Positions 8,763-17,392 of a DNA stretch of 58,635 bases are shown here, piece after piece. The notes under the pieces are model-generated. The model did no database searches, was not told the DNA's origin, and saw only the letters and a list, made by a program, of their open reading frames with translations. Numbering within the stretch: position 1 is the first letter of the stretch; each line of letters opens with the position of its first letter. This DNA is from Bacteroidia bacterium (lineage in GTDB: Bacteria; Bacteroidota; Bacteroidia; NS11-12g; UBA955). The DNA is taken from the NCBI GenBank assembly GCA_044373665.1, contig JBIPNH010000005.1, forward strand, positions 1-58,635, in the 5' to 3' direction. The position numbers were made by a program, and so were the translations under genes.

Positions 8763-11669
8763 ATGTTTTATAAATCTCTTTTTATTTTTACCTTTTTTGT
8801 TTTTACAAGCACTCAAGCTCAATCTTGGCTTCAGTCTGCCGATTCAAGCGCAAGTTTTTTTGAAATTCAAAATAAATTTTACACCTATTGGAATCAAAGG
8901 CCTATGGAAAAAGGGTCAGGTTATACCGTTTTTAAAAGATGGGAATGGTTTTGGGAACCTAGGGTAGGTCAGTCGGGTCAATTCCCTAATCCTAACCATG
9001 ACAGGTTGGAATGGAATAAATTCGACCAAAATAGTAACAAAAGAAACAGTTCCAAAAGCTGGAGAAGTATTGGTCCATTCACAACGCCAAGTGGTTACAA
9101 CGGTTTGGGTAGAATCAATTGTGTGGCATTTCATCCAACTGATAAATTTACTTTTTGGGTTGGAACTCCCGGTGGCGGAATATGGAAAACAGATGACATG
9201 GGTAACACTTGGACTACCACTTCGGATAAAAATCCTGTGCTTGGGGTAAGTAGTATCGCTATTCACCCAACTGAACCCGACACTATGTACATTGCCACAG
9301 GCGATGGTGATAGAGGTAGTTTGTCTGGAATGACAGGTGGTGCAAGAGGAGATAGTAAAAGTATAGGCGTGTTAATGTCTTCTGATGGAGGTAATACTTG
9401 GAAAACTACTGGTTTAAATTGGCAAATTAGTCAGACTTTACTTATACGAACGTTGATTATTAATCCAAAAAAACCTTGGATACTACACTGCGCTGCCTCC
9501 GATGGAATATACAGAACCCTCAATGCCGGAAAAACATGGTCGAAGGTTATAAACGGCTATTTTATAGACATTGAATTTAAACCCAATAATCCGAATGTTA
9601 TTTTTGCCACTTCATTTGAGTTGAATGGGAATGCCCGAATTTATAGATCTTTGAATGGTGGCACAAATTACACCTCAATAAGAACTATTGCCAATGGGTC
9701 TAGAATAAAAATTGCTACAACAGCAGCCAATCCAAACAAAGTTCATTTCTTAGTGGCCCACAAAACTGGTGGTGGTCTGGAAGGCCTCTATGAAACCCTT
9801 GATAGTGGAAATACAATAGCAGTAAAATTTAATACAAGTAATTTGCTTTCAAATAAATATGATGGAAGTGGAACCACCGGTCAAGGTTGGTATGACTTGG
9901 CTTATGCAATTGCGCCGAATAATGAAAATTTAGCTTTTTTGGGTGGTGTAAATACTTGGAAGTCAACCAATGGAGGAAGTAATTGGACTCTCAATAATTT
10001 TTGGACAGGCTATGAACCATTCAATCCAGATAGAGTAACAGTAGTGCATGCCGATAAACATTTTTTAATGTACCACCCTTTGGATAATTCTTTGTTGTTT
10101 GAGTGTAATGATGGAGGAATTTACATGTCTTCTAATGCGGGTTCTTCTTGGAGCGATATAACGGGTAATATGGCCATAACTCAATTTTACAGAATTGGTT
10201 ACACCGAATCAGATTCTTCTTTGATAATAGGAGGAACGCAAGACAATGGAGCTAGAGTGTTTAGAGACGAAGAATGGTATGAAGCAACAGGTGGTGATGG
10301 TATGGAGTGTGCCATAGATTATAATAATTCAGACATAATATACTCTTCTTATGCTTACGGTAGATTATACAGAAGCGACGACGGATTCCTGTCTGGAAAT
10401 TATACTACTATTTCTGAAAATATTCCCGAAGGTGGTTCAGGTGCTTGGGTTACACCTTTTTTAATAGACCCAAATGAGCCTTCAAAATTATTTGCAGCCT
10501 ACAAAAGAGTGTATGTTTCGCATGATTATGGCGAAACTTGGGATGATATTTTTACAGGTGTTACCAATAATTCATTGCTCAGAAACTTAGCTGTTGCCAA
10601 AGGAGATAGTCGCTACATTTATGTGGGTGATTACTACAATATTTGGAAAAGCGATAATGGCGGAACTTCTTGGACTAGAATAGTAACGTCGTCCCCACAA
10701 CCTATCACCATGATTAAAGTGCATCCAAGTAATCATAATATTATTTATTACACCCTCTCTTCATACAATGCTGGAAATAAGGTGATTAAATTTAATAGTT
10801 CCATGCCAGTTGGTTCTCAAAGAGAGAATATTTCGAGTAATTTGCCCAATATCAGTGTCAATTGCATTCAATTGTCGAGTGCTAAAAACGAAGCCATGTA
10901 TATTGGGACTGACTTAGGGGTGTTTTATAAGGATTCTTCAAGTAACAGTTGGGAATCTTTAAATGGAAATTTGCCCAATGTAGTCGTTGCAGATATTGAG
11001 GTTAATATGACCCAAAATAAATTAGTGGCAGCTACATACGGAAGAGGGATATGGCAAACAAATTTATTGGATGAGGAATTGACAAAGGTTGTTAGTTTAA
11101 ATCCAGCACAGTTAAGTATAAATAATTCGATTGCAAGCAAACCTACAATTAATTTAAATAAACCTATAGTCAAAGGAATTGGAACCATTGTCATAAAAGA
11201 AAATGATGAAATAGTTTCAATATTGAATGTAGATTCGAACGCAGTAACGATTAACGGAACACAAGTTGAGATAAATCCGGGTGTGCAATTCAAGTTAAGT
11301 TCAACGGTGGATATCGAAATTCCCAATGGAACTTTTGTTGACATGCTTGGTTTCAATGTGCCTGCAATTGCTAAAAATGCTTGGCAATTTAACATTGAAG
11401 CTTTTGTTTCTGTCGTTAATGTCAACAATGACAAATCTTTGCAATTATTTCCTAATCCCGTTCATCAATTATTGAATGTGAATGTTAGCAATCAATGGAT
11501 TAATTCATATTTTGAAATTTATGATTTTACAGGTAAATTAGTTGAAAAAGGAGAATTTAATGCGTTGCAAAATGAAGTAATTACATCTACTTATCAATCA
11601 GGATTATACAGCCTAAAAATAAGTAAAGGTGAACAAGTGAAGACCCAATATTTTATGGTCAATCACTAA
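8763..11669 (+). CDS. Secreted BNR/Asp-box repeat beta-propeller protein with T9SS type A C-terminal sorting domain
   Basis: 968 aa with a signal peptide. Repeated SxDxGxTW Asp-boxes are present (TDDMGNTW, SSDGGNTW, LNAGKTW, STNGGSNW, SSNAGSSW, SHDYGETW, SDNGGTSW). The C-terminus LFPNPVHQLLNV...GLYSLKISKGEQVKTQYFMVNH is typical of Por/T9SS CTDs. Confidence 0.8.
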   Translation: MFYKSLFIFTFFVFTSTQAQSWLQSADSSASFFEIQNKFYTYWNQRPMEKGSGYTVFKRWEWFWEPRVGQSGQFPNPNHDRLEWNKFDQNSNKRNSSKSWRSIGPFTTPSGYNGLGRINCVAFHPTDKFTFWVGTPGGGIWKTDDMGNTWTTTSDKNPVLGVSSIAIHPTEPDTMYIATGDGDRGSLSGMTGGARGDSKSIGVLMSSDGGNTWKTTGLNWQISQTLLIRTLIINPKKPWILHCAASDGIYRTLNAGKTWSKVINGYFIDIEFKPNNPNVIFATSFELNGNARIYRSLNGGTNYTSIRTIANGSRIKIATTAANPNKVHFLVAHKTGGGLEGLYETLDSGNTIAVKFNTSNLLSNKYDGSGTTGQGWYDLAYAIAPNNENLAFLGGVNTWKSTNGGSNWTLNNFWTGYEPFNPDRVTVVHADKHFLMYHPLDNSLLFECNDGGIYMSSNAGSSWSDITGNMAITQFYRIGYTESDSSLIIGGTQDNGARVFRDEEWYEATGGDGMECAIDYNNSDIIYSSYAYGRLYRSDDGFLSGNYTTISENIPEGGSGAWVTPFLIDPNEPSKLFAAYKRVYVSHDYGETWDDIFTGVTNNSLLRNLAVAKGDSRYIYVGDYYNIWKSDNGGTSWTRIVTSSPQPITMIKVHPSNHNIIYYTLSSYNAGNKVIKFNSSMPVGSQRENISSNLPNISVNCIQLSSAKNEAMYIGTDLGVFYKDSSSNSWESLNGNLPNVVVADIEVNMTQNKLVAATYGRGIWQTNLLDEELTKVVSLNPAQLSINNSIASKPTINLNKPIVKGIGTIVIKENDEIVSILNVDSNAVTINGTQVEINPGVQFKLSSTVDIEIPNGTFVDMLGFNVPAIAKNAWQFNIEAFVSVVNVNNDKSLQLFPNPVHQLLNVNVSNQWINSYFEIYDFTGKLVEKGEFNALQNEVITSTYQSGLYSLKISKGEQVKTQYFMVNH

Positions 11670-11748
11670 AAATCCATTTAAGTAAACAGTATTAAATTGC
11701 TGTGGATTTCATTCGTTATTCAAACTGACATAATTCAGTTACTTGGGT

Positions 11749-11756
11749 TAATTTTG
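11749..11756 (+). promoter_or_regulatory. Candidate -7 promoter box (TAATTTTG) for ftsK
   Basis: Exact TAnnTTTG match 17 nt upstream of the ATG at 11774. Confidence 0.4.
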
Positions 11757-11773
11757 CCTTTTAACCCCTTTCC

Positions 11774-14323
11774 ATGGCATTTAAGAACAAAAATACATTT
11801 AGAAATGCTGCTGACGATTTTCAGCCAGAGGAATCTGCTAAGAAAAGCCGTGTCAAAGGAAACTATTTCTCATGGCTGAAAGACGAAAAAACCGCTCGAG
11901 TAATTGGCGCTTTTTTTATACTTTTTTCGTTGTTTCTGTTCATGTCTTTTATTTCTCATATAGTCAATTTATGGGGATTCGAAACCGACCAAGATTTATT
12001 GCTCTCCAACAGTTGGCAGTGGTATAAAACTAATAATCCCAAAGGTGCTGTCAATATGATGGGTTATTTGGGCGCATGGTTTAGCCACTTGTTTATTCAC
12101 AAATGGTTTGGTGTTGCTTCTTTTGTGTGGCTATTAACTTTTTTTACTTTGGGTACCAAAATGCTATTCAATTGGCAATTGTATCCTTTGTTAAAAACAT
12201 TAAGATATTCCTTTTTCATCGTTATTTGGGTGTCAATGTTAATGGGTTTCCTGTTTTACAAACATAGCTTGTTTATGGGTGGTGGATTTGGTTATTATGG
12301 CGTGTCATGGTTGAGCTCATTGTTCGGTAAATTAGGCGTTGTTTTGTTTTTAATGTTGTATGCTTTTGTGTTTGCAACTATTGTATATAATCTAGATTTT
12401 AAATCAATTAAAAGAAGTAGTTTAATCGATGATAAGGAATCTAATACACCGGGTGTGCCTTTTTCTGAACATGAATTGGAAGCAGAGTCTATCAAAAATG
12501 AATTCTTAAATCAACCTGACCCATTCGCAGTTACTGCCAATGAAATTGAAGATGAGGACGAAGGAATAGAACTGATAACCATTAGTCAAACGCCTGAAAT
12601 AAAAGAGGAAATAGAACTCGAGGAAATATTGAATCCTCAAGTTGTTAGTTTTGATGTAAACAATACCCCTAAACCAATTTCGAAAACTCAACCGAATTTT
12701 GAACTTAAAATAGAAGCACCGCAAGAGGAAGAATTAGTGATTGTGCCACCTGTAAGCGAACCTGTGCTAGACCCTTCAAATTCTGTCGCTCCTATTACAG
12801 CTTCATTTGGAGATGGTTCTCAGTACGACCCACGTTTAGATTTGGCAGGTTACCAAATGCCAACCATAGATTTACTACAAGACTATGAAGTCGCCAAAAC
12901 AGAAATAGACAGAACGGAACTTGAGCACAGTAAAAATTTAATCATAGAAACACTCAAAAACTATAATATTGGTATTTCTGAGATTAAGGCCAATATCGGT
13001 CCAACAGTTACATTGTATGAAATAATTCCTGCACCGGGCGTAAAAATTTCGAGAATCAAAAACTTAGAAGATGACATTGCCTTGAGTTTGGCAGCTTTAG
13101 GTATTCGTATTATTGCCCCTATTCCAGGAAAAGGAACCATAGGGATAGAAGTGCCTAATAAAAAACCAGAAATGGTTCCTATGAAATCCATGGTAGCAAG
13201 TAAGAAATTTCAAGAGTGTGCTTATGAGTTGCCGGTGATATTAGGAAAAACAATCTCCAATGAAATATACATTGCCGATTTAGCCAAAATGCCGCATTTA
13301 TTGTGTGCAGGAGCCACAGGGCAAGGTAAATCCGTTGGGTTAAATACCATTATTTGTTCGCTGTTGTACAAAAAACATCCTTCAGAGTTGAAGTTTGTGT
13401 TAATCGACCCAAAGAAAGTAGAATTAACTTTATACAATAAAATTGAAAGACATTTCTTAGCCAAATTGCCTGGAGATGGCGATGCCATTATCACAGATAC
13501 CAAATTGGTGACCAATACATTGAATTCGCTTTGTATGGAAATGGATGAGCGTTATGATTTGTTAAAATCAGCAGGTAAACGTAATATTATAGAATACAAT
13601 ACGAAGTTCAAAGAAAGGAAATTACTTCCTACCGAAGGGCACCGTTTTTTGCCATACATTGTGGTGGTAATAGACGAAGTTGCCGATTTAATGATGACCG
13701 CAGGCAGAGAGGTAGAAACGCCTATTGCGCGTTTGGCTCAGTTGGCTAGGGCAGTGGGAATACACGTTATCTTAGCAACACAAAGACCGTCTGTAAATAT
13801 TATTACGGGTACTATCAAAGCCAATTTCCCTGCAAGATTAGCCTTTAGGGTAACGTCCAAAATAGATTCAAGAACAATTTTAGACAGCAATGGTGCCGAT
13901 CAGTTGATAGGTAAGGGAGACATGTTGTTTAGTACGGGCAATGATTTATTGCGTTTGCAATGTCCATTTGTTGACACGCCTGAGGTAGAACGCATTACAG
14001 AATATATTGGCAATCAAAGAGGGTATAGCAGTGCCATGATATTGCCAGAATTTAGGGGCGATGAAGATGGCGGTGCAAGAGATGATTTTGACCCGAACGA
14101 CCGTGATGCTTTGTTTGAAGAGGCAGCCAGATTAATAGTGCAAACGCAACAAGGCAGTACTTCGTTAATCCAAAGAAAATTGAAGTTAGGTTATAACAGA
14201 GCAGGTCGATTGATAGATCAATTGGAACAAGCCGGCATAGTAGGTCCTTTTGAAGGCGCTAAAGCCAGAAAGGTACTGATACCAGATGAAGCGAGTTTGA
14301 ACCAGTTTTTGGATAATATGTAG
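11774..14323 (+). CDS. ftsK: DNA translocase FtsK/SpoIIIE
   Basis: 849 aa. It has an N-terminal TM region, an acidic/Pro-rich linker and a motor domain with Walker A AGATGQGKS and VVVIDEVADLMM. The C-terminal gamma winged helix reads STSLIQRKLKLGYNRAGRLIDQLEQAGIVGP. Confidence 0.92.
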   Translation: MAFKNKNTFRNAADDFQPEESAKKSRVKGNYFSWLKDEKTARVIGAFFILFSLFLFMSFISHIVNLWGFETDQDLLLSNSWQWYKTNNPKGAVNMMGYLGAWFSHLFIHKWFGVASFVWLLTFFTLGTKMLFNWQLYPLLKTLRYSFFIVIWVSMLMGFLFYKHSLFMGGGFGYYGVSWLSSLFGKLGVVLFLMLYAFVFATIVYNLDFKSIKRSSLIDDKESNTPGVPFSEHELEAESIKNEFLNQPDPFAVTANEIEDEDEGIELITISQTPEIKEEIELEEILNPQVVSFDVNNTPKPISKTQPNFELKIEAPQEEELVIVPPVSEPVLDPSNSVAPITASFGDGSQYDPRLDLAGYQMPTIDLLQDYEVAKTEIDRTELEHSKNLIIETLKNYNIGISEIKANIGPTVTLYEIIPAPGVKISRIKNLEDDIALSLAALGIRIIAPIPGKGTIGIEVPNKKPEMVPMKSMVASKKFQECAYELPVILGKTISNEIYIADLAKMPHLLCAGATGQGKSVGLNTIICSLLYKKHPSELKFVLIDPKKVELTLYNKIERHFLAKLPGDGDAIITDTKLVTNTLNSLCMEMDERYDLLKSAGKRNIIEYNTKFKERKLLPTEGHRFLPYIVVVIDEVADLMMTAGREVETPIARLAQLARAVGIHVILATQRPSVNIITGTIKANFPARLAFRVTSKIDSRTILDSNGADQLIGKGDMLFSTGNDLLRLQCPFVDTPEVERITEYIGNQRGYSSAMILPEFRGDEDGGARDDFDPNDRDALFEEAARLIVQTQQGSTSLIQRKLKLGYNRAGRLIDQLEQAGIVGPFEGAKARKVLIPDEASLNQFLDNM

Positions 14324-14580
14324 ATTTCATCTTATCCAAACAAGATTATTGAATAAGATAATATTAAAAAACATTGCTATCCATGGAGTGTTATGAAATG
14401 GATAGAACAGTGTTTCCTGTTAAAATAAGAGAAAGATAAGTAATTGATGATTTGAAATGATTAAAGCAAACTTTTTCAAGACCTCGAGATATAAATGATT
14501 TTAAAAATTTGAATTAAAGTTTTTAATTCCCATTACACATTTTATTAGCTCTTTTTTTAAATGGTAGCATCAAGTTAACT

Positions 14581-14668
14581 CTCCGAAAGTTCAGCTTTTT
14601 GGAGAGTTAATTCTCCAAAAAGATAGATATTTGGAGAGTGTAATCTCCAAAAGTTGCATTATTTGGAG
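14581..14668. repeat. Array of three 24-nt palindromic units at 32-bp phasing (candidate operators)
   Basis: The units are CTCCGAAAGTTCAGCTTTTTGGAG (14581-14604), CTCCAAAAAGATAGATATTTGGAG (14613-14636) and CTCCAAAAGTTGCATTATTTGGAG (14645-14668). The arms CTCCAAA/TTTGGAG are inverted. The last unit lies over the expected -33 region of the downstream promoter box. Confidence 0.7.
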
Positions 14669-14676
14669 ATTTGACA

Positions 14677-14684
14677 TATATTTG
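14677..14684 (+). promoter_or_regulatory. Candidate -7 promoter box (TATATTTG) for the AAA+ ATPase gene
   Basis: Exact TAnnTTTG match 15 nt upstream of the ATG at 14700. Confidence 0.45.
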
Positions 14685-14699
14685 CATCAATATATTAAC

Positions 14700-15830
14700 A
14701 TGATGGAACTAAGTAGAGTATTATCAAAAACACTTGAAAAGCAGTTATTCAAAGGTAAAACATTGATTGTGATTGGCTCAAGGCAAGTTGGTAAAACAAC
14801 GTTAATCAATCATGTCATTCAACATTATGAATCATTCTTATTTTTAGATGGTGACGATTCTCAGGTTAGACAAATTTTATCAAATAATAACACTGCAGAG
14901 ATTAAACAAATCATTGGGAATCATAAAATTGTTTTTATAGATGAAGCGCAAAGAATTAATCATATTGGTTTAACAGCAAAAATTATTCACGATCAGTTTA
15001 AGGATGTGCAACTTATTCTCAGTGGTTCATCAGCACTAGAATTGAATAATGCAGTGAATGAAACACTTACTGGAAGAAAACTAGAATACCATTTATATCC
15101 TATTTCTTGGGGGGAGTTGGTGGCACAATATGGTTATTTAAACAGTCTTCAAAATTTGAATAATCGTTTAATTTATGGCATGTATCCAGACATTATTATA
15201 AACCCAGGTCAAGAAAAAGAATTTTTAAAAAATTTAACAGAAAGTTATTTATACAAGGATATTCTAGCACTTGGAAACATAAAAAAACCAGATGTTTTAG
15301 AACGTTTACTTCAAGCTTTGGCATATCAAATAGGTTCGGAAGTTTCATATAATGAATTATCAAGTTTACTTGGCGTTGCAAAAGAAACCATCATCAGTTA
15401 TATCCAATTGCTAGAAAAAGCATATATAGTTTTTAGAGTAGATAGCTTTAGTAAAAACTTACGAAATGAGATAAAAAACAGCAAAAAGATTTACTTTTAC
15501 GACAATGGGATTAGAAATGCAATAATTAACGCATTTAATCCAATAGATATTAGACCCGACAAAGGTGTTTTATGGGAAAATTTTTTGATTTCCGAACGAA
15601 TAAAACATTTAGAGTATCATAACATTTATTGTAAATATTATTTTTGGAGAACCAAAGGACAGCAAGAAATTGATTGGATTGAGATTAAAGATTTAAAGAT
15701 AAATGCTTATGAATTTAAATGGAAGGGAGCTGAAAAAGTTAAGTTTCCAAATGCGTTCGTTGAAGCCTATCAACCTGGCATAGAAGCTGTTGATAAAACA
15801 AATTTCAATGTGTTTTTAGGAGGTGTATAA
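14700..15830 (+). CDS. AAA+ ATPase with wHTH and DUF4143-type C-terminal (restriction-endonuclease-like) domain
   Basis: Walker A GSRQVGKTT and Walker B IVFIDEAQRI are present. An HTH-like segment reads SYNELSSLLGVAKETIISYIQLLEKAYIV, followed by KIYFYDNGIRNAI and then EIDWIE...YEFKW. I moved the start to the first ATG (MMELSRV). The track's TTG start at 14631 lies inside the palindrome array. Confidence 0.85.
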   Translation: MMELSRVLSKTLEKQLFKGKTLIVIGSRQVGKTTLINHVIQHYESFLFLDGDDSQVRQILSNNNTAEIKQIIGNHKIVFIDEAQRINHIGLTAKIIHDQFKDVQLILSGSSALELNNAVNETLTGRKLEYHLYPISWGELVAQYGYLNSLQNLNNRLIYGMYPDIIINPGQEKEFLKNLTESYLYKDILALGNIKKPDVLERLLQALAYQIGSEVSYNELSSLLGVAKETIISYIQLLEKAYIVFRVDSFSKNLRNEIKNSKKIYFYDNGIRNAIINAFNPIDIRPDKGVLWENFLISERIKHLEYHNIYCKYYFWRTKGQQEIDWIEIKDLKINAYEFKWKGAEKVKFPNAFVEAYQPGIEAVDKTNFNVFLGGV

Positions 15831-15906
15831 TGGTGAATAAGTGATGTGATACATTCATTGATTATCAAATGAGATTCTTAAAGTGGATTTCTCTAAAGTT
15901 TCAATT

Positions 15907-15963
15907 TTCCAAAAAAGATAGATATTTGGAGCGTTTATTATCCGGAAGTTCAGCTATTTGGAG
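15907..15963. repeat. Two further palindromic units downstream of the ATPase gene
   Basis: TTCCAAAAAAGATAGATATTTGGAG (15907-15931) has the same spacer as upstream unit 2. ATCCGGAAGTTCAGCTATTTGGAG (15940-15963) has the same spacer as upstream unit 1. Orientation is the same as upstream but the order is reversed. Confidence 0.7.
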
Positions 15964-16216
15964 TTTTTTTATATTAGACTATTTTAAAAGAAATAGGTCA
16001 AACAAAGTTTATTGAATTGTTGGGAAAGTTTTGAAGTAGAAATTGATTTTTTCACAATACTTAAGTGTTAATAATTAGTATTTTTTTTAAGCGTTTAGGT
16101 GTTTTTTTGAATATTTTTTGGATTTTATTTTTGGGAAATTATAAAGACTCAATAAATTTAATTATTTTCGATTCGTTATTTAAAATATTTATTAAAACAA
16201 AAATAAAAACTCGCCT

Positions 16217-17392
16217 ATGAAATATAAAATCATTCTTTTTTTTATCGTTTTAACTCAAATAAGTTGTTACAAAGAGTATGAATTAATAAATCAAGATTAT
16301 TATTTTTTAAGGGGTTTGTTCGTCAATGGACAAGCCCCTAATTTTCAATTGTATTATCAAAACACACAAGGAGGTTATATGGTTAATTATACGGACTATC
16401 AACTTGAGGTCATTAATGAAAATAATACTGTTTTTAAAATGAATTCAATTGGTAATTTTTCTTTTTTGTCTATAAAGCCTAATTCTAAATACAAAGTGAG
16501 ATGGAAATTAAACAGCGAGAAAGATTGGCACGAGCTTACCAAAGAGTCTATTAACTATGAAACAACGTTAAATGACAAATCATTTGTTAAAGCCGAAAAT
16601 GAATTGTTTGTTAATAGAGATAGAAATGATTCTTTTGTTTATTTTTTATACAATCCATATGATAGAAAGACTTTTGAAGAACAGTTTTTAGAATCTTTTT
16701 TGATTGAATATCCCGATGCATTTCTTGAATTAAATCAAACAGACAATGCATTGATTTTATGGCCACCTTCCAATAAATATTATTTAGATAGATTTAAAAA
16801 TTCAACAAATTTTTGTTTCAAACCATTTACTTGGAAAATGTCAAATGGGGCAGTTTACCGAGATTTTCAACTTTATAGTATGTCTAAATCGGATTTTCAA
16901 TTTTATTATAATTTACATAAAAATGATGTAGGGAAAAATACGCCTTTGGCGGTTGGTGAAGGCATATTGTGGGATTACAGTAAAGACAATGTAAAAGCCA
17001 AAATAGTCAATATTAACAATTATAATAATATTAAAATCTTTGATTATGTAAACAGAGATGAAAGGTTATATGTTGATTTTTTGATTAATAACAAACCTAT
17101 AGATACACTTAATTATAAGATAATAAGAGTTTTTTCGAGATTTGAAAATTCAGATTATACATTTCCAGTTATGGGTTGGCAGGATCAAACGTTGTATGCT
17201 GGTTTCAAAGAATATTTTGCCCATCATTACAATGAATGTTTTAGTATGCCATGCGGTTTTATTAAAGAGGTTTATCCATTAAGGTTTTTTGTGTATTTAC
17301 ATGATTTAAAGTTAAATAGAAAAATAACCATTGGTATGCCCACCTATGAATTTACTAATGGAGATAGTGTAGTTTTAGATATTAAGTTATGA
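16217..17392 (+). CDS. Lipoprotein of unknown function (possibly a DUF4249-like partner of the adjacent receptor)
   Basis: 391 aa with a lipoprotein-type signal (MKYKIILFFIVLTQISC). It is very N/Y/F/K-rich and low in GC. It overlaps the next gene by 4 nt (ATGA). Confidence 0.6.
   Translation: MKYKIILFFIVLTQISCYKEYELINQDYYFLRGLFVNGQAPNFQLYYQNTQGGYMVNYTDYQLEVINENNTVFKMNSIGNFSFLSIKPNSKYKVRWKLNSEKDWHELTKESINYETTLNDKSFVKAENELFVNRDRNDSFVYFLYNPYDRKTFEEQFLESFLIEYPDAFLELNQTDNALILWPPSNKYYLDRFKNSTNFCFKPFTWKMSNGAVYRDFQLYSMSKSDFQFYYNLHKNDVGKNTPLAVGEGILWDYSKDNVKAKIVNINNYNNIKIFDYVNRDERLYVDFLINNKPIDTLNYKIIRVFSRFENSDYTFPVMGWQDQTLYAGFKEYFAHHYNECFSMPCGFIKEVYPLRFFVYLHDLKLNRKITIGMPTYEFTNGDSVVLDIKL

Noticed and set aside
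14377-14405. Hairpin CTATCCAT-(13 nt)-ATGGATAG downstream of ftsK as a terminator
   Set aside because: The stem is only 8 bp and AT-rich with a large loop, and no T-tract follows. It is too weak to call from sequence alone.
14631-14699. N-terminal extension of the ATPase ORF (MESVISKSCIIWRFDIYLHQYIN) from a TTG start
   Set aside because: The extension is the translated palindrome array and also contains the TATATTTG promoter box. The conserved ATPase N-terminus begins at the ATG at 14700.
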